A DNA stretch of 64,000 nt from Chrysomallon squamiferum (lineage: Eukaryota > Animalia > Mollusca), in the NCBI GenBank assembly GCA_012295275.1, contig CM022668.1:1550001-1614000 (forward strand), written 5' to 3'. The position numbers were made by a program, and so were the translations under genes. Positions 1 through 15,695 of the stretch are shown here, one piece after another. The notes below the pieces were generated by a model that was not told the origin of the DNA, did not search any database, and saw only the letters and a list, made by a program, of their open reading frames with translations. How positions within the stretch are numbered: position 1 is the stretch's first letter; every line of letters begins with the position of its first letter.

Positions 1-936
1 TTCACAAATTATCTCATTTGTAAACAGAGCATTTTGTTTACCTTTGACCTTCGACCCGAGTGTTGTTAGCACAACACATGGATGAAGTTCAGAGAGACAA
101 CTTACGTAAAGTGTAACTGGTGTACCAGGTAAACTTGAAATGGAAACAAGGATTAAGAGATGAAGCAGAGTAAGAACGAAAAGGAAGAAGAAAAACGAGA
201 AGGTGAAAAGATAAAATAAAACTAAACAGGAATGACGAGAATAAAAGGAATAATTAACAAGAAAAAGCAGATTAACAAGAACACGGTAAAAAGTGAAAGG
301 AGAAACAGACAGGTATTCTCAAGTTAATTCAGATGTTAGAAGAAAACACGAAGATAAGATGACAGCTGTGACAACGACGGTTACAGCTGACTGGGGGGAC
401 CGTATCTCATGTACACGTACCACGACAACGCCCCCTTTGTTAAATGAAATTTTGATGCAGACGTTGTATTTAACTATGTCGGCGTCTTTTTCAGCTTGAA
501 TATGTTATCTGGTAAACAACAAATATATTGTACAAAACTTGTTATTGTTGTTTCTAAACATTAACATATTTTTAACATATGCGTGGAACTGCTCGATCCA
601 GTGTGAATCCTCACAAGAGCAGTGTATGGTCGTGTTTGTGTGCTTATACAGAAATGTACACAGAAACACACACAGAGCTACACGTATAGAACGTGCATGA
701 TATTCTGTACATACTGCAGAAAGCTAATATTTTCTTTATAAACAGCGTTTGTTAATAAACGCGGAATGTTTATTGTTACTGAGTATAAAGTAAATTATCG
801 ATTTTCATTTTATCAACATTCTACATTTATTTTTCTCAGTTGTCAGTCAGCTGTGTGTTGTGTAACAAATTTCTGCTTCTGTTTCTACTGAATGTATCTT
901 AGTGTTACAACAACGTAAATAACAATAAAAAATAAA

Positions 937-992
<56 letters not shown>

Positions 993-2889
993 CAACAGCT
1001 ACTAGTACATAATGAAAATCAGACGGGTACAAAACGTAACCTATTTTTCAGCTTTCATTCGTGCTCGTACATAAACATTGTTAGTAGATTTTACGGGACA
1101 TTAACAACGACAGAAGATCTCTGTTTTTGTTTAATCATGTAACGTGTAAGTATTCTCAGTCTGACTACCCACTGATTCTTTACACAGATTGATTTGTGCA
1201 GTGACAAGTTTCATTTTCACCAGCGACTGAAATCAGTGACTGACCAGCTTTACAAGATTATGTATAACACAGTGTTTGGCAGAGGTTGCCGTGTTGTTGG
1301 CTTCTCCCCAGTATTGTCATGACATGTGTTTTGTGCTTAGTGACAACGTAACAGTGTATGACTTTCACAGACACATACAACTGTATCATCACATATACAC
1401 ACCAACAGGCAACAAAAAATTAATTTAATAAAGAGAGAAAAAAAAAGTACATTACACCTTATAACACTGACACATATTTGTACATACATACATACGTACG
1501 TAGTACAAATGTATTATGTATATGTGTATGCCTCTATGTATATATTTTAAATTATAAGAAGCAAACGGGTTCGGGGGATATGTGTCAGTTCTTTTGTAAA
1601 GACGAAGTAAACTCTGCTTTCAGTGTTATAATCGCCTGGAAATGTGACAAATAAAGAGACTTACAAAGGAAGCAAACAGAAATAATTAAATGTACCAGAA
1701 TAATTTTGAAATTGCTGTGACAGATAATTTTGAATAGCTATTCAGTATGGTCTTTTCAAATAAAATAGTTTATGCAAAGTCATCCGTCTGATGCAAATAG
1801 TGGATGTGTAACTGAGAGAGAAACAGAATAAAACATTAACTTGTAACAAAATAACGTGTTTTTATGTCGCCGGTAACACGGGGTTTAAGAAGAAACAGTA
1901 GCATACGTGCAAGTCAAACATTATTTTAATACACCGCGTGATCAAATTCGCCGATGATAAACTATGACTGCACAGGAAGGAAGTAGTAAATAATAGATCT
2001 GAAGAAGTGATAGATCACGAGAAATCGATTACGATTTCACCTGCTGGAATTACAGTCAACTGCACCTGTAATTCAGAACTGGCTCCTCGTCAAACGAACA
2101 GAAGCTGACATCTCAGCAAACACGACAGCGAATCTGTCGTCAAATATTTGTGAAGCCACGTGAAATAAAAGTTTAAAAAGAAGGAAAACCGGTTCTTTAA
2201 TAATTCGTCAAAAGTTGGTGGATCCAGCTGCGGGTCTGATAATGGTAACACAGTTTATAGCTGGTACAACCCTAACATACGGTATGGGTGAATTTACACA
2301 TCAGTCTCTCAGGTTCAGTTATACAAGTTTAAAAAACTGTGTCAGTTCTCGACATATGCTGTTTGATTGACAGTTTGGGGAACCGCGCTCCACGTTTATC
2401 CGTTAATCCATCATATCAAAGAAAGCCAATAGGCAGAGTTACTTACCTGTTTCTGAAGTATCTGTTCGCGGCATTTCTCCAGCGCCGTTGTATCTTTCCG
2501 AGAAGCCATTTCACCTGATAAAACAGAAATTATCACTATTAGTCATTGTCACAGTTTGCTATCTCCATTTTCGTGCACATGCGTACTTCAACTTTTACCT
2601 GTCTGCTTCCGCATCAGTGTTTACACCTGAGGGAGAAGCTATTAATTATTTTTGGTTGGTTGATCTCAGGTAAGACGATTACGTTAATCCGTTTGGCTAG
2701 TTCCAGGTAAGCATTGCGTATTAAAGAAATAACTGTTTTACAACACATGCACATACATATATCAAAAAATATTTATAAATTTACTCTGACATACAGGTGT
2801 AATTAATGTGTGCGTGTCTATGTAACATACATCATCAAGAGCTTAATAATACCTGCTGGTTCATTTATTATTAGATTTCAAAGGGTGTA

Positions 2890-3012
<123 letters not shown>

Positions 3013-3357
3013 TATGTGTAGTTTGAAATCGAAATTACATATATATATAAACACGAGTTAGCCAGAGAGATAAAACGTAACTGAACAGGTGTCAGTGAAA
3101 CAGGCTAGAGAGAATTTCATACAAGCAGAAGAGAAAGTTTTACAAGTTAGTCAGAGTCATTTATTACGTGTGACTAACGTATTGATTACTCGTTTAAATA
3201 CAGGAAACTACATCATATTTATTGCTATTTTCACACACACACACACAGAGAGTCCGTGTTGATGACGTAACGTTATTAAAATTGGTTTTACGTTCGTAAT
3301 AAATGTCAGTTGTAGCAGACGTATCAATACTACTACTACCACGACATCCAACAACAG

Positions 3358-3388
<31 letters not shown>

Positions 3389-3784
3389 AAAGTTACTGTA
3401 CTGTTTAAGGTATAAAACGTTTTACTAATGAATTTAATTCTAGCCAGTGTTGGCATTTGAAAATTATTCTCACAGCAAAGTCTCTTCTCCTTTCAATCTA
3501 TTTTTCTTTCTCTTTCTTCTTTCCTTTTTTTAAAAATTTATTTCTTCTCTCTCTTTTTTTTTTTTTTTTTTTTTTGCTACACCTATTGAAAATAGTTTAC
3601 ATTTTAAAACATTTTTAAGTCACTAATTAGTTTTAATGGTGTAAATGTTAAGTGAATAGCTGAGATTGGTTAATTCTTTTCACTCCTCAGACATGCGCAC
3701 TGACAACTGAACCTAAAACCAGCTTGTGACAACATTGCCTATATATAGATCAGTCACTATGAATAGAGAAATAAAATAAATAAA

Positions 3785-3795
3785 TATAGAAAGAT

Positions 3796-3838
<43 letters not shown>

Positions 3839-3995
3839 CAGATAGACAGATAGATAGATAGATAGATGGATAGATGGATAGATATGTAGATAGAAAGATA
3901 AATAAATTAAAAAAGAACATTAATAAATATAACAAATATTTATAATATACACTTACATACAATGCAACACACTCACATATACAAGAACAAAATAT

Positions 3996-4041
<46 letters not shown>

Positions 4042-4118
4042 TGTATAAATACGCACATAAGTTTCGTGTTACAGCATCGTACGTTCGGCACTTTAAATTT
4101 AGGTTTTTTTTGGAATAT

Positions 4119-4193
<75 letters not shown>
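3785..4193. repeat. Microsatellite cluster: (GATA)n, (CA)n, (GA)n
   Basis: Directly visible. Confidence 0.95.
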
Positions 4194-4197
<4 letters not shown>

Positions 4198-4704
4198 AAT
4201 CATTAAAAAAAAAAAAAATAAAATAAATAAATAACTGTGGAATAAAAAACTGTGTTAGAGGAGTTACTCGACACTTCATGTTAACATGATTTATCGCGAG
4301 AAAACACCAGTAGTTGACAACACGCGGAATATGTAACTTTCACCTGCAGGCCAGTAATAGAGTCAATGATGGACGTGGTTGACATAGTGTGCTGTGAGTG
4401 GCCTGTGGTCATGTTAATTAGAAAGCTAATGGTATGTACTGTGTGAAACGTTACAGACTACATGAAATCACTGCAACAATTCACATCAAAGTCGCGGAGA
4501 ATGTAGTTGATTAAAATCTGAAATTGTTTTGAATTTTAATTAAATTTAATTACACTATATCTTTTGGGTTTTTTTTTTTTTTATTTTGTTTTTTTTTTTT
4601 TTTTTTTTCATTCATTATTAATTTGTTGTTGTTACTGTGATTATTATCATTATCATTATTATTTTTATTATATTAATGATGATGATGATGATGAGGATTT
4701 GATG

Positions 4705-4787
<83 letters not shown>

Positions 4788-6340
4788 GGTGTTTTTGTGC
4801 ATACGTCTGTTAATATTGTACAGATTGTGTTTCATTGTTTATTACTTATTTTTACATCTCTTTGTATCTCTCGTCAGCAGAGTGACAGTTATATAACTGA
4901 CGTTTCTGTCCTAAACTCGGGGATGTTTATGTTGCCCTATTGTCCTGAAGAAAAAAACTGATCCTTACGTATTTGAAAACATTCCATTATATACGACTCG
5001 GTCAGCTGCGCGTAATTGTGAACGGCCTGGTCTTTGTGTCGTCTGTTTGCCGAGGTAGGACGTCTTCGTAGTCGCCTATCGTTTTCTCAGCTTGTTTGTC
5101 AAAGGAGAGGTGAAGACATCATGGGCAAGATGTGTTGATGACATTTCGTGTTAACAAAATGTCAGCGTATTTTTGCCTTGATGTTTTCAAATTACGTTAC
5201 GGGTTGCTATAGAAACCTTGCGACTGAATAACTAATACTGTGTAATAGACTGGAAATAATTATCTACGTTTATATATTCATGTATATTTATATGGCCGTA
5301 ATTATATTCAGGCAAATGTTCATACCAAAATTGATGATTTTTAAAAATGTTATTTATTGATTAGTATTTTTTTTAATTCAAAGATTTTATTTCAAAAATA
5401 TAAATTTCTATTCCGAAAGAAACGATATTCAATGAATGAATTCGCCTATGTCTATGACCGACTCGTTACCCAAGGTGTTTTTGCCTCATTTCAAAAAGAG
5501 TCTGCTTACAGCCATGTAATATACATAGAGGATCACAGACAATGGAAATGTATTGAAGAATGCTGAACCAAACGAACATCCAGTAATAGCTGTCATTTCT
5601 GTTTCCATTGTGTTTAATGACAGATGAACTATTTGTCCCTTTGCATAACCCGTTTGGCCACTCAGGACAAATGTGTTAGTAAAAGTGAGACTGCCTTAGA
5701 GCCTGACCTAGTTATTACGTCACATGAGTTGCATTTACGTAACAGTTTTCACACTGTTAGTATATATTTATAGATATATGTATATATTACACGTACGAGT
5801 GTGTATAAGAGTATTTTTAAGTATTATGTAAAATATGTGTGTGTGCGTGTGAGCGCATGTATGTGTTTGTGTAAATTTTATGTTTAAATTAGTTGTCTAT
5901 TGAATGTATGCGAACCAATCATCAGCCAGACTCGACGACATGATGAAACAAATATTTTCATTTATGAATACATTGCTGCTGTTAGGTATCACATTTCAAC
6001 ATTTGCTGTATTGTGCTGTATTAAGCATTGTGTGGAGTTATTTCACGGGATTAAAGTGGAGAACCCAGAGCTATTAGGTCCCACAGAGTGTCTGCTGACG
6101 TGCGCTATTTTGTTAGAACTTTTCAACACGTTTATTAACCTACAGTATCCTGTCAGATGGTTCAGTGAGTTTCTTGATAAAAGATAAAAAATATAAATAT
6201 ATACAAATCTGGATCTCCAAATGTTAGTAAGAATCAAATAAAGTACCATCTATTTTATTAGTTAAATTTCAAGTAATCACTGGAAATTGTTATAAAAATA
6301 TAATAATATATGAACAGCACAGACAAAAACAAACGTACAA

Positions 6341-6511
6341 ACATACATACATACATACATACATACATACATACATACATACATACATACATACATACAT
6401 ACATACATACATACATACATACATACATACATACAAACATACATACACACATACGTACACACACACATATACATACAAACATACATACACACATACATAC
6501 ATACATACATA
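6341..6511. repeat. (ACAT)n microsatellite
   Basis: Directly visible. Confidence 0.95.
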
Positions 6512-7005
6512 CGTACATCTTTTTTTTTATTATTGTGTGTTGTGGTGGTGGGCGGGGTTCCTGGGTGTGTTCAGTATTTATAATAATTTTTTATGTTAAT
6601 GTGTTTGATTCAAATCACCTCACCATATCCAACAAAAAGCAATAAATATGCATGGAATATGTTTATGTGCTAAGTACGGGTGATAAACTACACTCTCACT
6701 TGTCACTGTTTAATGTCATTGTTTTGTGTGCTGCTGTTGTCGTTGGTGTTTCACGTCTTTTTATCAGGCAGCCAGCCATGCACTAAAGTGTCGGTCAGTC
6801 TGTGCGGGGATTTCTAAAACGTTAACGAGACTTTAATGACTGCCTGAGTCGCCTTTGTCCGGGCCACGCTGTGAACACACCTCTCAGCGCCGCAACGGGT
6901 CTACCAGGTGTTCATTCGTGCGTGCAGTGGGTTTTATTTACCTCTAATACGAAATGTAGACAGAATGATTCTGAGATAATTGTTTAAGCGACACATGATA
7001 TGTTC

Positions 7006-7086
7006 ACTAACAGTCTAACATAATAACTAACAGTCTAACATATTAACTAACAGTCTAACATATTAACTAACAGTCTAACATATTAA
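7006..7086. repeat. 20-bp minisatellite x4
   Basis: ACTAACAGTCTAACATATTA. Confidence 0.9.
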
Positions 7087-7144
7087 CAGACAGACTGCTG
7101 CATTTTTATCATCAAAAGAAATTTGTCTTCCAAACATAATTTAA

Positions 7145-7148
<4 letters not shown>

Positions 7149-7224
<76 letters not shown>
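7149..7224. repeat. (GA)n microsatellite
   Basis: Directly visible. Confidence 0.95.
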
Positions 7225-7227
<3 letters not shown>

Positions 7228-8759
7228 GCATTATAACATAAAGTGAAAAAAAAGCTCTATAGACATATTTTGCTATTTTTGCTTTCTGTCATCTTTAATT
7301 AATTAATTAGGATTAATCATAGTAGGCTGTTCATTACTCTCGCCTAAAACGTCAGACAGGAGTGTTTGCAGTGAACTTTTTCTAAACATACAGAACATGT
7401 CCTAATTCATACTAAATATGTTTCTAAAACATTACGAAGAATCCTCTGTGAACGCCGAGAAGGGAAGACTATGAGGACAAGTTTGGACAGTTTGTGAGTA
7501 ATTGTGAACACGACACAGAGTCTGTCTAACAAAGGTAAAACTCGTGTAAACAACGACAACTAACGTCGCTATTCATCTACACGACTACACAAACTTCTAG
7601 TTTAAATTACAACTGTTTTCTGACTTCATCGACTCGCCTAAGAACGATTAGTTTTGTTAATTTCCTTTTGAATAATTAGATATACCAGTCAACATACACA
7701 CACAGACACACACACAGACACACACACAGACACACACACACACACACACGCATGCAGAGACACACACACGCACACACACACGCATGCACAAAAACAAACA
7801 CATATATTTGATGTTTAGTTATTTTTTCTCGTTTTTAATTTCTTCTTTTTTCTATTCTCTTTCTTTTTGTTTGTTTGTTTCAAGAATTAATTCAGAAGAT
7901 TCAGTTGATGCCCACCTACAACATTTTTCCAGGTAATTATTTTACTTAGGTTGATTACCAATTAAAATCGTAACCTCACACATGCCGCGGTTTTAAACGT
8001 CACCCACAGTCACTGAAACTCGTGATAATTGTGCAGGTAACCTGTATTTTACAGCGGTTGTTACTGCAGGTGTGTAATTACCTGGCAAAGCTTCGTTACC
8101 TGCTGTGTAAAAAGAGACGTGACACTGTTTCTTGCCTAGCAGCTTGTTATCTAGATCCAATAAAACTGACAGGCAGTCGTGTGTCTCATGATCATCTGTT
8201 TGTTATGATCAGTCAAATAACAGTTTGATGATGGTCGGCAAAAATCTGGTGTTTGAATTATGTGAAATATTCCGTCATTAATACAAGTAAAAATTGTTTA
8301 TCACGTTTTTAAAATCCAGAACTATTAAGTTAACTAATTTATAATTAATTTAAAAAATAATAAAAAAATTAACATCTTTTGGGTTGTTGTTGATAGTGTT
8401 AATAACAACAACAACAAAACAACAACAACAACATATATGTATATATATATATATATACATATATATAATTTATCTTTGATTCTTAATTCTTATATATGCG
8501 CTCCATCGTCATACTTTTCAGACAGAGTCCTAATTGAAGATTAAAACTGTGAGAGTTGACAAACATTGACGTAGCGAGGCAACGTACAGGTAAAACAAAC
8601 AGGTGAAAATATCAGGTAAGCTGTAACGTTAATTTACATACCTCCAGCGTTCTTAGTCGTCTAGCTTAACAACACAACGACGACGACATAAATAACAACA
8701 AGAACAACAATAACGATAATAATAACAGCAACAACGACAATAACAACTTCACCAAGGTC

Positions 8760-8810
<51 letters not shown>

Positions 8811-9099
8811 CATAATAATAATAATTTCTTCATCATTATTTGAATTTTGATACTGATGATGTCAACGGTTAACTATCTCTGTGTATATTTGTCAGAACAT
8901 TATTAAACACTATTTATTAGCGTTTATATTTGTATTTATATTACCCGGGTTTGCTTTTATTTACACTTAGACAGTGTTAAAATACCATTTCTAATGCCGG
9001 TAGTATCGACAACAACAGGAAGAAAGAATAAAAATAAAACGAAAATAACCAAACAACAACAAAAAGTTAGAAAAAGAAGGAGAAGAAGAAGAAGAAAAA

Positions 9100-9508
9100 C
9101 AACAACAATAACAACAACAATAATAATAGTAATAGTAATAATAGCAATAATAATAATAATAGTAATAATAATAATAATATAGTAATAATAATAATAAAGA
9201 TGATAATAGTAATAATAAATAATAATAATAATAACAGTAATAGTAATAATAATAACAGTAATAGTAATAATAATAATAACAGTAACAGTAATAATAATAA
9301 CAATAATAATAATAACAGTAATAATAATAATAATAATAATAGTAATAATAATAATAAAAATAACAGTAATAGTAATAATAATAATAAAAATAACAGTAAC
9401 AGTAATAATAATAATAAAAATAACAGTAATAGTAATAATAATAATAAAAATAACAGTAACAGTAATAATAATAATAAAAATAACAGTAATAGTAATAATA
9501 ATAATAAA
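9100..9508. repeat. (AAT/AAC/AGT)n compound microsatellite with 30-bp higher-order unit
   Basis: Lines 9361-9420 and 9421-9480 are identical 60-mers. Confidence 0.9.
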
Positions 9509-9780
9509 GGTACTGTAGTCAGTGAGTTAACGTGTCTACAAATGTCGAGTGTTTTAACGAGTACATCTGACAGAAAAGATGACATTCCAGCTGTGCTGTG
9601 TTAACAAGAGCAAAATGCCGAGCAACGAGAACAAACTGGAATGACGCGTTTCTCAACCATATTTGGTCTTGTTTTTGTAGCTACCTGACAAGAAAGAAAA
9701 AAGAAGAAGAAGAAAGGAGGGAGAGAACGTAAACAAGTGAGTAACAGAAAGACAGAATGAAGAGAGACTAGAAAGTAAAT

Positions 9781-9915
<135 letters not shown>

Positions 9916-12900
9916 GAAGTTTAGATAAAGAAACAAAGTGAGATTTGTATCTACACAGTAACGACTAAGAATTGTCCACTGATCCAAGACCTGAGCATAC
10001 AAACTGAATACTTTACAACTTCTAGTCTGTGGGCAAACTTAATGATCTAAAAGTGATACCTTAAAAAATAAATAAATAAATAAATATATATTTAAATAAT
10101 AATAATATACAAAAATAATTTCAAAACTTTTTTCTTCGTTTCGTACATTCTGTAAACGAACGAACAAAACGTGGTGCTTCCAGGTTCGCGGAGGGATTTA
10201 CGTTAACAATGAACTGATAAGGTCCATGGCTTACCGTCATTTACATTTAAGTTACGGTCATTTGATGTCCATCGCTAGACAACACGCCCCGCGTGCGTTG
10301 TCTCGAGATGACAATACTCTATTGTTTACTCGACCCCGGCTCGGTAACACAGTGAATGTGAGGAGAGGATTCATGAATAAAATAGATATTTAAACCTCTA
10401 TCGCCACCCTGTAGATGAATCCCCATTGTCCGGTTTGAACTGTTTAGTCAGAAGTGAAGGATAATTTGGTATTTTTTGAACAACCTAAGAGCGGCGTGCA
10501 ACAGTTTAATGTACTACATGAAAAATAAGAAAAATACTGTATAATAATAATAACAATAATAATAATAATAACAGTAATAATAATAATTATTATTATTACA
10601 GTTGTTGTTATTGTTTATTTATTTATTAATTTATTGAAAGTTGTTTTAAGAATTTTATGCACATAAAAAGTATAAAAGTAACCTCACTTTTTTAGCTGTG
10701 AACTTAAACACGTTTCATTTAGAAGGAACTGAACATTTAAGAACGCTACCTGACAAACACGTACTTTACCAGCTATTAAATTTAAATTTAATTTTGAACA
10801 AATATAACTAGACTTTACTTATTTTATAATTACACAAAATATACGGTTTAATTTACAGAAACATTTAAAAAGAAGAAAAAATCTTGACATGCTTACATGC
10901 GCAAATAGATATGAATGAGAATATATATGTATGTGTGCATGTGTGTCTGTATGTGTGTATGGTGTATGTGTGTGTGTATATAGAGATAGATAGATAGATA
11001 CACACACACTCAAACAGACAAGCATGCAAACATACATACATATATACATGCGAACATACATACATACATATATATATTTATATAAAATGTATGTATGTGT
11101 GTGTGTGTGTATACACACACACACACACGTACATACATGCAAACATACACGCATACATACATACATACATATATAAATACGTATCTACATACATATATAA
11201 ATACATACATACATACATATATAAATACATATATAACAAGTTGTTTTTGGCGACATCTCGCCACTGACAGGTGTAATTCCTGAGACTAACGGACTCACCT
11301 TGCTGTCTGTCTGCACCTCACACACCTATCTCATAATTAAAACACTGTGTCGTCCTGCACGCGCAGAAAAATACCACTGCGAGGCTCTTACAGGTAAAAT
11401 CCAGCTGTATTCAACTAAATCCAATTAGCAGGTGTTTGCAAGTAACGGCATACCTGGTCCAACGTAACAGGTGCCGCGTTACGGAAAACTCGCCCGGGAT
11501 AAACAGTACAAATATGCCAAGTTTATATTTATACTGGTCACGTGACTTGATCCCTTTACGACGTCCACTGACGAGGCACACAGCTGAAGGTAAAACGACG
11601 TCATGCTGAACGGACGTCGCTAATAAACCAGTTGTTGATGTAACTCGGTGATTAAACATCCACTTGACGTGTCATGGATAGCGGGATCGATTCCCCCAGA
11701 AAAAATACTAAAAAGATTTACTTACTAAATAGAGAGTCAATAGTTAGAGTTTTAGTACATGTGCTATCTACAATATTTTCACACCTAACTTGCTGTTATA
11801 AAATTAATTAAGTGAATTCACCTTTCATTTCTTCGCGCATTTCGCCTCTTAATACGTTAGATTCTAGTTTTATTATTTAAAGTCCCGTAAACAGCCATAG
11901 AAGAAACCCGAGCAACTCAGAATGTTCTGCATGCGACGACGTCACAATATGAATGACGATGTCGCTATGGTTTTCAACTGTTTACTGCTGTGCTTTCTAT
12001 TAATTAAAGGGAAATAAAACTGAAATAGTAAAAGAAATGGAGGTATGCATTAAACAAATACTGATATGGTCAAAGATAAACTTTAAAACACTGTTAACTG
12101 TGAAGTTATATATGCATGTACGTACGTATATATGTATGTATGTACGCACGCACACACACAGATACCTGTGTGCACTATGCATGTTTTATTACTGTGACAA
12201 GATTAACTAAGAAGTTGAATTGGTCTCGGGACACCCTGACACGCGCGTGAATTAGTTAAATGTGTTCTAAACATCGAGTTCTGTAAATTTCTAATTTCCA
12301 TGTTATTCTTTCTCTTCTAGGCTTTATGTTGACAGTTTCTTTATGTAAGTGACAAAACGCCCAACGGTTTATATTTAATTTGTATTCCATACACCAGATT
12401 AATGTAAATGTATGCATGTATCTTTGAACGTATGTTGCTGAGTGTTTTGTATGTGTGTGAATACCTATGTATACATGAGTTTGTGCGTACGAATTTGTAT
12501 GTATGTACGTATGTTTAGAGATTACCGAGTATTTTTTAACGTCGATCTTTTCACAATATCCTCGATTTATTATCCACAAGAATATGTATTTTTTGTTGTT
12601 GTTGTTGTTGTTTTGCTGTTAAAAATATAACAAATAAAATATGAAAAACAAAAAATTATATTAAACATTAAAAACATAACAAATATGATTTTTCGAACTC
12701 TCTAAAGCGAGGATATTTGCAAACTGGTGAATTACTGACTGTTTTATGTGGTACTTCTGTAACACAAATACAATTAATCGTCTAATAAAAATTCTTATAC
12801 TACTAAGTAGTATTGTTTTTAGGCTCGTAACCAAGTATAAAAATAAAATATAATGTTACAGTATATGTTATCCTTTGCAGCTGGTGTTGTGACGTCATGG

Positions 12901-14411
12901 AGTACATGGGTGAGTGATAACTGTAGTTTTGTTAAACTGGTAGAGCTAATATATCCATCCAGTTCGTACGTTATGACGTCACGACTACAGAAACATGATC
13001 GAGCACAGATATTTTTAAACTGCATTTGTAAACACCACTCTTTTGTTTTAAACTTCATTATTAATTAAGACAAATAAAACACAATTTGGAAGAAAGTATA
13101 ATACATTTAGACTATTTCTTCATATCTGCTCTGGTACAATACAAATAAAGAGAAATGACTTCAGCTTCAAGTATGAGTCAGAGTTTTCTTCTTTCCACCC
13201 CGAGTTTGATATTTACCCAGAGAAAACTTTAATGTCAGCAACTTAGCATATCTGGAATCTTCGTCATTCTTATTCTGATTACTTACATTTCATTTCAACG
13301 CAAAGGCTGAATATAATGTGGTAAAAAAAGATACAGACACAGATCAAATATTATAATTTTAATTTCTTTCCGAATAAATTAAGAAAAAAACTAAAATCCT
13401 TTCTTTGAATATTTATTTATTTTTCATTTGTTTATAGAAAAACAATGGATAGAAGGCAATCAGTTAAACGGGAGTAAACAAGATAAAGTTTTGAAAATAA
13501 ATCATCTTTTAAGAAAAACAATGGATGTTGATGATGATGTTAACGATGATGACGTGTCTCTAATATATTTAAGTAAATATCTGTGTGCATATCAGTGTTC
13601 TGTTTACTACGTATTTTTATTTTTATTCTGATTACTATTTTATGTCGACTAGAAACAAATTTAATGCTGAATAAAGACGAAAAAAAAATAATAAAATAAA
13701 TAAATAAATAAATAAATAAATAAAATAAAATAAAATAAAAATAAATAAAATAAAATAAATAAATAAATAAATAAATAAAATCATATACACTATAATTAAC
13801 TGCATCGACACTGTCAGTATCTGGTATCTTCGCGTTATTAAAATAAGAGTTCAGAACTGAGGTCTTCAACTAGCGAACCAAATAACCTGCTGTTTCAAAA
13901 TACGTCTGAAAACTTTTAAGAAAAGTAAACCAGTAACATGATAGATATATAGACGTGTTATCTACCACACGTCAGTTAAATACATTATTACTGTTTCAAC
14001 TATTAAAATTAATGAAACATAATAATTTATAATCAATGATTGGCTAGGTGAGTCGCGTTTGAAAAAACTATTCAAAAGTCATCAAAATATTATAAGCAGG
14101 ACGCATAGATAACAACGAATCTTCCATTTGGAATATTTATGCCAATATTTAAAATATCTTTCTCCAAATCAGTGTACTGAGTTTTGTATTACAGGTTGGA
14201 GATGTAAGTCTACTTACCGGAGTTTCTTTCTTAGCACGTTAAACTCGTGCAGGTGTACGCAAACCGCAGGGTGACCTGACTCGCTAAGAACGTGCAGCTA
14301 GGTAAAAACACTCACACACCTGTTTGTCAAACATGGCTGCTTTCAACAAGAAGGTCAGACGGTGATGTCTGCAGAATACTAAAATGTTGTCAGATTAGAA
14401 TTGCGCGCGCG

Positions 14412-14683
14412 CACACACACAACAACAACACACACATACATACACACAAACACACATTATACACATGCACACAAACATGCATACACACATACGCAGACAC
14501 ACACAATACACACATACACACAACACACATGCATACACACAAAAACATAACATACACACATACGCTCACATATACAGACACGAACTGACACATAACACAC
14601 ACACATCAACATACATACACAAATACATACACACATATATAAACACAAACAACACACACAAACAACACACATACACACACACA
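14412..14683. repeat. Degenerate (CA)n low-complexity tract
   Basis: Directly visible. Confidence 0.9.
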
Positions 14684-14987
14684 CTAGAATATAAAGCTTA
14701 TAAACGCGCAGTGTGAGAGTTTTATCCCCCCAGTCTCTCTCCCCCCGCTTTAGTGTTTATATTTCAGTTTCAATATGCATAATGAACTTGTCAATGCCTT
14801 TGATACCAAAATAGACTGAATTATCTTAGACTTTCACGTACCGTTATACAACATTTTTAAGTCAGCATTGTACTTTTTTCGTTCTGACATAAACAGTTTT
14901 CTATTATATTCTGTTACTCATAAGAATTCATCTGTTATAGAATTATGCAATTCACATTTAACGTTCGATATTATTATTATTATTGTG

Positions 14988-15032
<45 letters not shown>

Positions 15033-15332
15033 TTTTTTTTTTTGAAAAATGTTTTGGTGTCGTCTACACAGAACAATGCACTTTGTCGTGAACGTACTAA
15101 ATGTTATTTTATTCTTTGAACATACTGTTCACGTGACATGCATAGAAAACCCTGCTGAGAAATGACGTTTAGAAGTTGTAATATTTCGTTTTTATGATCT
15201 GTAAACTGAAACGTTTAAATTGTAATTTTCTATTCACAGATCTTACTTTCAGACACCACTGCGATTTATAAAGTTATTAATATCTCTTTGCTGTTATTTT
15301 CTAAAACATGATATTGTTTATTACATTTGATA

Positions 15333-15369
<37 letters not shown>

Positions 15370-15664
15370 TTGAATTTTTGTTTCGTTTTCTTTATATTAT
15401 CCAGCAGAGGGTAGATGAGTTGGTTTGTATTAAGTACTGAAGGTGTGTCTTAGGTTGCGTGTCCGTGTATTGGGTCCATGTGTTTGTGTTTGTTGTCTGG
15501 TGTGGTGTGCGTGTCTGTGTTTTGTGTTTTATGTGATGTGCTGTTTATCAAGTGGTGTGTTGTTTTGTATGTGTCTTCTCCTGTACAGGGTGGAACCTGT
15601 GTCTTCTGTATATTTTAGTGTGTTTTGTACATGTTTATCTACTTCTTTTTTATAATGTATTTGT

Positions 15665-15695
<31 letters not shown>

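Noticed and set aside
9067-9604. Poly-Leu and poly-Asn ORFs, and similar ORFs at 3750-4896, 6258-6645, 10819-11283 and 14292-14716
   Set aside because: Translations of microsatellites that lack stop codons; no domain content
11680-11700. tRNA or SINE B-box-like GGGATCGATTCCC
   Set aside because: No A-box, cloverleaf or TSD visible
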